DNA of 56,669 nucleotides, filler included, from Sphacelaria rigidula (taxonomy: Eukaryota): assembly GCA_964200075.2 (NCBI GenBank). It is 7 parts of 7 records of this genome, joined end to end, with 100 filler letters (N's around TTAATTAATTAA, not from the genome) between each part and the next. Parts side by side here need not be neighbours in the genome. Positions count along the whole stretch, not along the records: positions 48,661 to 56,669 come from CAXNAA020012659.1; 6 more parts are not named here. One strand, 5' to 3'. The translations under genes were made by a program, and so were the position numbers. Numbering within the stretch: the stretch's first letter is position 1; every line of letters begins with the position of its first letter. A model generated the notes under the pieces. The model did not search any database. It saw only the letters and a program-made list of their open reading frames with translations, and was not told where the DNA came from. Shown piece after piece: positions 49,621-56,669 of this stretch.

Positions 49621-51572
49621 ACGCGATGCGATACCCCGGGTGCAGCAGCTGGTCCCAACTTACGCAAAGGCTAGAAGTTGTCAGGGCAGGTACGTCTTGT
49701 TTTCACAAGTAGTATATACCCAGATTCCCCCTGATTTTCGTGTTCGGATCAATTCGATGAACTTATTTTCATGTGGACTGATGTTCTGGGTAAATGGATA
49801 CAAATATTTTTTCACCGGTACGATGCTGTACATTGTTTCATAATTCATGAAGATGAACATCATACACGATAATATTCCACGTGCATACAAGCAGAGAGAA
49901 AAAAGGAGAAGGAGGACAAGTAACAAAAAAACGTGAGGGCTCGCAGGAGGCATCCAAACTAGATAACGAGGTGCCAAATTACCAAATAAATAACCTGGCA
50001 TATAGCATAGATATGCATATATATGCCGTTATTACTGCGCCATTGCCGGGTGCTCTATATGAAAAAACACGATCACATGGAGAGGCAAACTCTGCCCTTG
50101 CGTACTACTGTACGTCCCCTTGCGTACAACTGCAACACCTTAGTGCCACAAATTACAGCGCTACCCCCTCGGAATGAAAATCTGACCACAGTATTCAATT
50201 TCAAATTTTCCCTTACTGAGTACTCTATCCTCAGAGTGCTCTCGTCCCTGCACCCACGTCAACAACCACGAATATCACCACGCGGTACTCATGATCGATC
50301 CATGGATTGAGTGTCTCACCCTGTCAGCTGATTGCAACATTTCAGCTGAGGATCATGATGGGGTTCTGTGTGCTTTGAGGTCTGCAGGTTAGCGTTGTGC
50401 GTTGTGTGCGTGTGGGGGTGGGGCTGCCCGCCTTGGGCACATCAATAACTTGATTGCCGAACTTGCACAGGGATCTCAAACGCTTTTCCGCACTGCCGGA
50501 TGGCAGTTTTGAAATCGGTACAGAAGGTAAGGCAGGTACCCCGTACCGGTATTTCGGACATCTCATACCCTACCGATACCGACCCAATCGGGTATTTTCA
50601 AGTGTCATACCTACGATACCCACGATACCACAATATTTCAAGATACCAGCACCTACCGTACCTGTTCCTTTCGCAGTCAGTGAACACCGCTAAGCGAACG
50701 GCGTTCACCTTTTATGTTCCCACGGAATAGGCGTTCGTCTCAACTGGGGAACGACCCTTATGTATGGAGAGGTATAGATGGGTCAATCAGGTTTGGTTCA
50801 GCGATTCCTGCCCGCCGCGGGTTGGCGCCGAAGGCGCAAAGGCGGATGGTGTCTACCCGCAGTAAAACATCATGTTTCGACGTCAACACCCTCCCATGGA
50901 TGACATACCTTCGTGTTTTTGTCGCTAGAAAAAGTGTGGTTGAAAAAAAAATGTCATCGCATATGTCCACCGCGTTCTGCTCCTAGTTGGCATCCACGAT
51001 TGTTTTATCATTACGGCGTGCCTTCGCACATCATTTTTATATGGGGAATGTACGGCGAAAAAGGAAGAGTCAGATGTGATTAGCCGTGATTTCACCTATT
51101 TTGTATTAAATTATTGTTTGCGCACATTTGTCCGATCTCTGGAACCCGTGGTCACGTATGTAGGCTCGTCCTTCCACTACCGTTCCTGCTCTTCAGCTGT
51201 CGTGGCTTATTTTGAAGCTGGTTCAAATTACGACCTATTTCATCGGGGTTTCTGTTTTCCACCGAAGGTTTCGATCCAAATATGATATGCTAAGACACGG
51301 CCTTAGTGGCGAGCGGAGAAGGAGTGAAAAACAGTAAAGCCAACCTTTTTTTTATCAAAAATGCGGGGGAAAGTCACGAAGAGGTGATGGACCCCTAGCT
51401 TATAGACTACCACGCCACATACCATCCGTCCACATGATCATGCAAACTAGTACACACCACTCATCGTTGGCTACGGTTGCAACCCTGCAGCATTGAGCAG
51501 GAGTTGAGCACAGGGATGGATGCACTGCAGTAGTTGCGTATGCTGTGTGTACATTTTGTCGGCGAAAACTTG

Positions 51573-52762
51573 CACACGTCGGACGAGTCATTACTCGTCG
51601 AAACGAGTGCACTCGTTAATGTTTCTTGAAAACACCACGAGTACGGCTCGTGTGCTCGAGTTATTTATTTGTCTTCACCAAGACCGAAGACTCGTGTACT
51701 GGAGTCATGATTTTTTCCACCACGAACAATTACTCGAGTGCTAGACCTATGAATTTTCTCCGCCACGAGCAATGACTCGAGCGCTCGCCCTACTATTTTT
51801 TTCCACCACGGGCAATGACTCAAGTACCCGCCCTATTATTTTTTGCCACTACGAGCAATGACTCGAGTACTCGCCCTACTAATTTTTGCCACCACGAGCA
51901 ATGAGTCGAGTGTTCGCCCTGTATTTTTTTCACACGCCGGACGAGCACGAGTATGACTAGTGGCACTCACACTCGTTGGGCTGCTCGTTGGCGGTAAAAA
52001 TTGATAGGGTGAGTACTCGAGTCATTGCTCGCTGTGAAAAAAAATAATAGGGCGGGCACTCGACTCATTGTTCATGATGAATGACTTGGGTGGAGTAGCC
52101 AGCAATCCGACGAGCAAATCATTGTAATGAGCCCTTCGACGATCTTGAACCTAGAATCTCCAAGTTAATATGCATGTCTGCACATGTGCAAGCGTCAAGC
52201 TCCAAAGTTAGTTTTCAGTTTATCCAAGCACCCCCACACACATAATGATCAGAGTTTTACCAAAGCAGCGGAGAGTATCTCTCGAGTAGTACATTTACAT
52301 TTTATTAGGGCGAGCACTCGAGTCATTGCTCGCTGTAAAAATATAATGACTAGAGTACACGAGTGCTTGCTCGTTCTTGAAAAAAATGACTCGAGCACAC
52401 GAGTCATTGCTCGTTGTGAAAAAACTGAATGACTCGAGCACACGAGTCGTTGCTCGTTGTAAAAAGAAGCGATGACTCGTTCACACGAGTCTTGCTCGTT
52501 GTGTTTTCAAAAACGTCCACGAGGGCAGTCGTTTCGACGACTAGTGACTAGTCCGACGAGTGATTTTTTTTCACCACGAGCAATGATTCGCGTACTCGCC
52601 CCATCAATGTATTCCCACAACGACCAATGACTCGAGTACTCGCCCTCTTCGTTTTTCTTCACCACGATCAACGATTCTAGCACTCACCGTAATACTTTTT
52701 CTCACCACGAGCAGCCCAACGAGTATAAGCCACGATTCATTCTCGTGTTTGCCCGACATGTG
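51573..52762 (+). mobile_element. MITE family B (outer copy) with ~43-bp internal repeats
   Basis: CACACGTCGGACGAG ... TTTGCCCGACATGTG; perfect 8-bp TSD AAAACTTG. Confidence 0.9.
51931..52562 (-). mobile_element. MITE family B (inner copy, inverted, nested)
   Basis: CACACGCCGGACGAG ... CTAGTCCGACGAGTG; 8-bp TSD ATTTTTTT. Confidence 0.88.
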
Positions 52763-55351
52763 AAAACTTGACTATCTTCTTTCATCGTAGGGACCAGGGT
52801 TTGAACGGCGTGGTGAGATGGCCAACCCCCTCGCGGACGCGGTCATAGACGCAATGCATGTACAAAGCTGCGCGTTGTCTGAGTCCTTTTCACGTCGCAT
52901 TGTGGGCAGAGAGAACAGACGGTGCTGCCGTGGAGGTTCTGCATGTTGCCCGCTCCTCTCTCACATCCTGCTGCACGAAACATGCAGACACGAACTCAAA
53001 ATACACTGCATTCAAACAGCGCAGACAGTACGGACTGTCCGTATTGTTCACAAACGGCCATATACCGCTTCACGAATTTCACCGTCCTTTTCTGATAGAA
53101 AGCTTGAAGATTCGCTTCGACCCAAATCGAGTTACAATATCGAATTTCGCTAAAATTACTTGCCATCGCTCTTTTTTTCGATGGAAAAATGCTGCAAGAC
53201 ACTCACTCAGCACGTTATGCCGTCGGTGCGCGAAGTGCCATAGACGCCTCCATCAAAGCGCGTTCTCGATGTCGAGACGGCCACCAAGTGCGTCGACACT
53301 ATGCTCAAACGCGGTGCGGAATTTACGAAATAGACCGATTTCAACGGTTTGGTGATTGCGGCGTTTTTTACATGTATTTTCTGTCGAAAGCCCTAGTGAG
53401 AGCTCCTAACCCGTTTACAGTACTGCCGTTGCATACGAAAGAACTCGTATCTTTTAATAGTGCTACGCGCTCGGGCCATGTTTTTGTCAAAACAAGTGAT
53501 ATCGAAATGAAGGTGGGAGCTCATACGCACAAAGTAAAGATGACAAACCTCGGGGGATGGAATCCAAATTTCGTCCATCCAACTGGTGATAAAAGTCCCA
53601 TGACACCAGCAGGGCGCGGCAGCAGTATTGTGCTACGATAGAAGTAATTTTCTGTCGAACCGCGGGTTCGCATTCACATATTGTCTCGTCTTCGCCGTTT
53701 CTGTGCTATGGCATGAACACTACCTCTTGCCTTCGTACTTCAGCGCCCATCTCCCACACCAAATTATGTTCATGCCTGCCATTCCGGCGATAGAATGTCG
53801 TGGCCGGCGCACGTTGTGCGTGCACCGCTGTGATGCACACTGCATCCGCGCCACACCTTCGGAGATGCACACGATACTCGCGCTGTTTTTTTCTCTCTGT
53901 CTTCAATATTTCGTTGCGCTCACCGTGTCCTTGCCGCGCCCGTCACCTTTGACCCTTGACTCCCTGTGCAGGCGGCCTTTAGGTCAAGGAAATCGCTCGG
54001 AGCACATGGACGGAGGGTGCAGATACCTCGGCGGGACTGTTTCACCGCGGCATGCCCCGTCCTGTGGGTCGGGGATGGAGAGATTCCGTCGGCGGTACGC
54101 GAGGCTTCCGCCTGGCTGTGGGATAGGGGGTTGTGTGAATTTGCCAGGCGTCTACGGAAAGCCTCCATGCTGTCGGTGTGAAGGATGTAACAACTCCGTG
54201 ATAAATGGACGGAGGGGGGGGCGGGAAGTTAAACCTCACTTTGGATCCACGATAGTCTGCCCCGCCGGAAGTTGGGGTGACGGTTCCTACCCGCCTGTCA
54301 CGAAGAATTTTAAATCCTTCTGTGGTGGTGGTAAATTCTTTGTCTCCACATGTCGGCGCCGACGCGTTGTGGTGTTGGGAGCGGCAGCGATCCGTGAGGA
54401 CGGCTGCTGTCGGGGTTTGCGGATGTGTTGCGCTCTACGCCGTAGTATGGAGTCGTGTGATAAATTCGGCGCATATCGCACAACAGGTATCCTTGTTTGG
54501 CCCACTGAGTCGCGGACTTGGGTCGTGGGTTCTGGGTACGAGGCGCCTCGTATTGCGTGGTTCAGTTGTCCTCTGTGGCGCGGTGTTCGGCGGGCTGATT
54601 TGTTTTTGTCCTCCTTCTCGGCTTTCTCGTATTTTGTAGCCTTCCTCAGTGTGTGTTCTTTGTTGTCGGTGTCTGTGATTGTATAATATCTTGGTCTCTT
54701 GGGGGCTGAGTGTATGTGGTTTATACCTGTGGTAGTGAGGTCTACACATATGCCATCGTTTGGATTTTCGGTCTCATGTTTTGTTTTAATTTTTGCCATA
54801 GGACTTGGGTTTTGGTGCACGATGATACGCGCCGAAGCGACGGCGCAGAGACCGTTTGTTTAACGACGACGTTTTTGCGTTGCCTCTACTTGATCCTTCG
54901 AGGACCTGTGCGAATATTTCAGTAGCAATCGTTCCACGGTCCGACCTTTTTCATTTGTGCACTTGTGGCATCCGAGTGTTCCCGTACCGTGCTTTGCTGC
55001 GGCACGCACGCAGGGTCACGGTCTCTCCACCCGGCGGTTACTCCGCCGACGGGCGAGTGATCCTGGCGCGTGTTCAGATGTTTTTTAGATCAGCTTCTGT
55101 GACCTAAAAAATGACGGGGGTTCAAGTGGTTGGCGAGCATCCGTCTCGCCTTCGAAGCTCTCCACTCATCGACTGGCGACAACCGGATGTCTTGTGACCG
55201 GTGGGCGACTCTCAGACGTGGACGATGCGGATAATTTTCGGGTATGCATCGATGGGGCTCAGTGTGCCGGCTTGTTGTCGGCTGTGCATTATTCTGGTGT
55301 CGGTGCAATCCGGCGCCATATTACCATAACCGTGGGAGGTACTTCTCATTC

Positions 55352-56135
55352 AAAATGCCCCGCCCCTCCCGGACGACTAAAGCAAGCAAAAAATAAGGAC
55401 CCCCCCCCCCGGCGATGGGTCCCTCGCCGTAAGTGGGATACTTGCTTTCATCCTACATAAAGTGCGACAACCAATCAATCCAAATCAATCATCATAATTC
55501 GCCCGCTGTGGTCAACGTCTCTAATCCAACGAAAAATTACAAGTGTCGGGCTAGTTAACGATTCGTCTGGATATTACTTGGTTTTCGGAATTGATTTCAG
55601 CGTCACAACCTAGGTACGCGCTGCCCGAGGCGCCTTTAGCTTTTGACGCTCTTATTATACTGTGTACAGAGTACTAGTGTCAATTAGAACATGATCATAC
55701 ATTGTGATGCAAGCGGAAGATAATGAACTATATTCAGCGTTCCAGGCAGGGAAGATGGTGCTGATTGTAAGGTGACAAAATCCAAGCGAAGTGGCCCTCT
55801 CATGAAAAATGCCCCGCCCCTCCCGGACGACTAAAGCAAGCAAAAAAGGAGGACGCCCCCCCCGCCCCCCCCCCCCCCCCCCCCGGCGATGGGTCCCTCG
55901 CCGTAAGTGGGATGCTTGCTTTCATCCTACATAAAGTGCGACAACCAATCAATGAAAATAAATAATCATAATTCGCCCGCTGTGGTCAAGGTCTCTAACC
56001 CAACGAAACATTACAAGGATCGGACTAGTTAACGATTCGTCTGGATATTACTTGGTTTTTGGAATGGATTCGTACTGCACGAATCCATCCCTAGGTTTTT
56101 ATTTCAGCGTCACAACCCAGGTACGCGCTGCCCAG
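55352..56135. repeat. Local direct duplication (55352-55631 and 55806-56135) that includes a MITE A end
   Basis: AAAATGCCCCGCCCCTCCCGGACGACTAAAGC... occurs twice. Confidence 0.88.
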
Positions 56136-56268
56136 GCACGTGGAATGACGCAAAAGTTGCGTGGAGACCTTTTGAACCAGCGGTCAAGATTTTTCTCTTT
56201 CGAGCAATCAGGCCTGCAAAAAGCGTGGATTCGGTTATTCAAACTGGCGATGATTCGTCCGAACCGTG
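56014..56268 (-). mobile_element. MITE family A copy
   Basis: CAAGGATCGGAC ... GATTCGTCCGAACCGTG. Confidence 0.82.
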
Positions 56269-56518
56269 AAAAAACTATGGCGATGGTGTCAGCCATCTTG
56301 CCCGCAGAAATAATTGCATATTTGCACTGAATCAAAACGTTCATAGCGAAAAGCAGATTCGAGCAAATTAGCGTCGGGGAGACCACCCCGTTCTATTTCA
56401 GCAGTATCGGTGATAGAGAACAGGGGGTTTGAAATTTTGCGGTAGCAGGTATTGTTGAGGATGGGTCGTGAGAACCTGCATAACAATCGCAGTAATTATA
56501 AAATATAGGTGGCCGGTC

Positions 56519-56593
56519 GCCCCGGTGGCTCAGTTGGTAACCTCGTAACCTTCTTCTTCTGATGGTTGAGTAGGGGGGTTCGATTCCCGGAGT
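56519..56593 (+). mobile_element. tRNA-derived SINE head or tRNA pseudogene
   Basis: Pol III A-box TGGCTCAGTTGG (56526-56537), B-box GGTTCGATTCC (56577-56587), partial acceptor stem CCGG/CCGG; no clean anticodon arm. Confidence 0.65.
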
Positions 56594-56669
56594 GATCTGG
56601 AATCTTGTCTCACACCATGCCCAACAGTGGAGAGCGACTATGTCGTGGGTACACAAAGTTCGACTTAAC

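Noticed and set aside
51700-52720. CRISPR-like ~43-bp repeats
   Set aside because: Contiguous repeats in both orientations, explained by nested MITEs with TSDs.
53628-54686. 352-aa ORF as a protein-coding gene
   Set aside because: Cys/Arg/Gly-rich with no recognisable motif; looks like an antisense shadow. The opposite strand may be decayed retroelement gag, but I could not support that.
1-56669. Endogenous giant virus (phaeovirus) or prokaryotic defence system
   Set aside because: No intronless gene-dense tract and no capsid, polymerase or operon-like structure; the recombinases present are DIRS/Ngaro-type.

Overview
This window is not one locus. It is seven unrelated contigs (six of 8010 bp, one of 8009 bp) joined by 100-nt N linkers carrying TTAATTAATTAA. 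The DNA is eukaryotic, intron-rich and dominated by transposable elements, and most resembles a brown alga/stramenopile (my inference from intron style, TE types and TTAGGG-like tracts; no search was run). I could reconstruct two spliced host genes by hand with phase-consistent GT-AG exons: the 3' part of a polycystin-2 (PKD2/TRPP)-like cation channel (359-7715, minus) and a gene with a DUF3427-like (PUA-like, putative modified-base reader) domain split by long low-complexity inserts (25988-30728, minus). The rest is mostly decayed TEs: two tyrosine-recombinase (DIRS/Ngaro) relics, a chromodomain Gypsy, a Copia gag-protease, an RTE LINE, a probable KDZ (Kyakuja-Dileera-Zisupton) transposase relic, a tRNA-derived SINE-like head, and many MITEs with readable TIRs/TSDs (hAT-, Sola2-, Tc1/mariner- and Ginger-like). 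The most novel-looking signal is three internally unrelated MITE families that share a CA-N6-GGAC terminus and 8-bp TSDs, one of them nested inside itself. No CRISPR, rRNA or prokaryotic/viral operon is supported.
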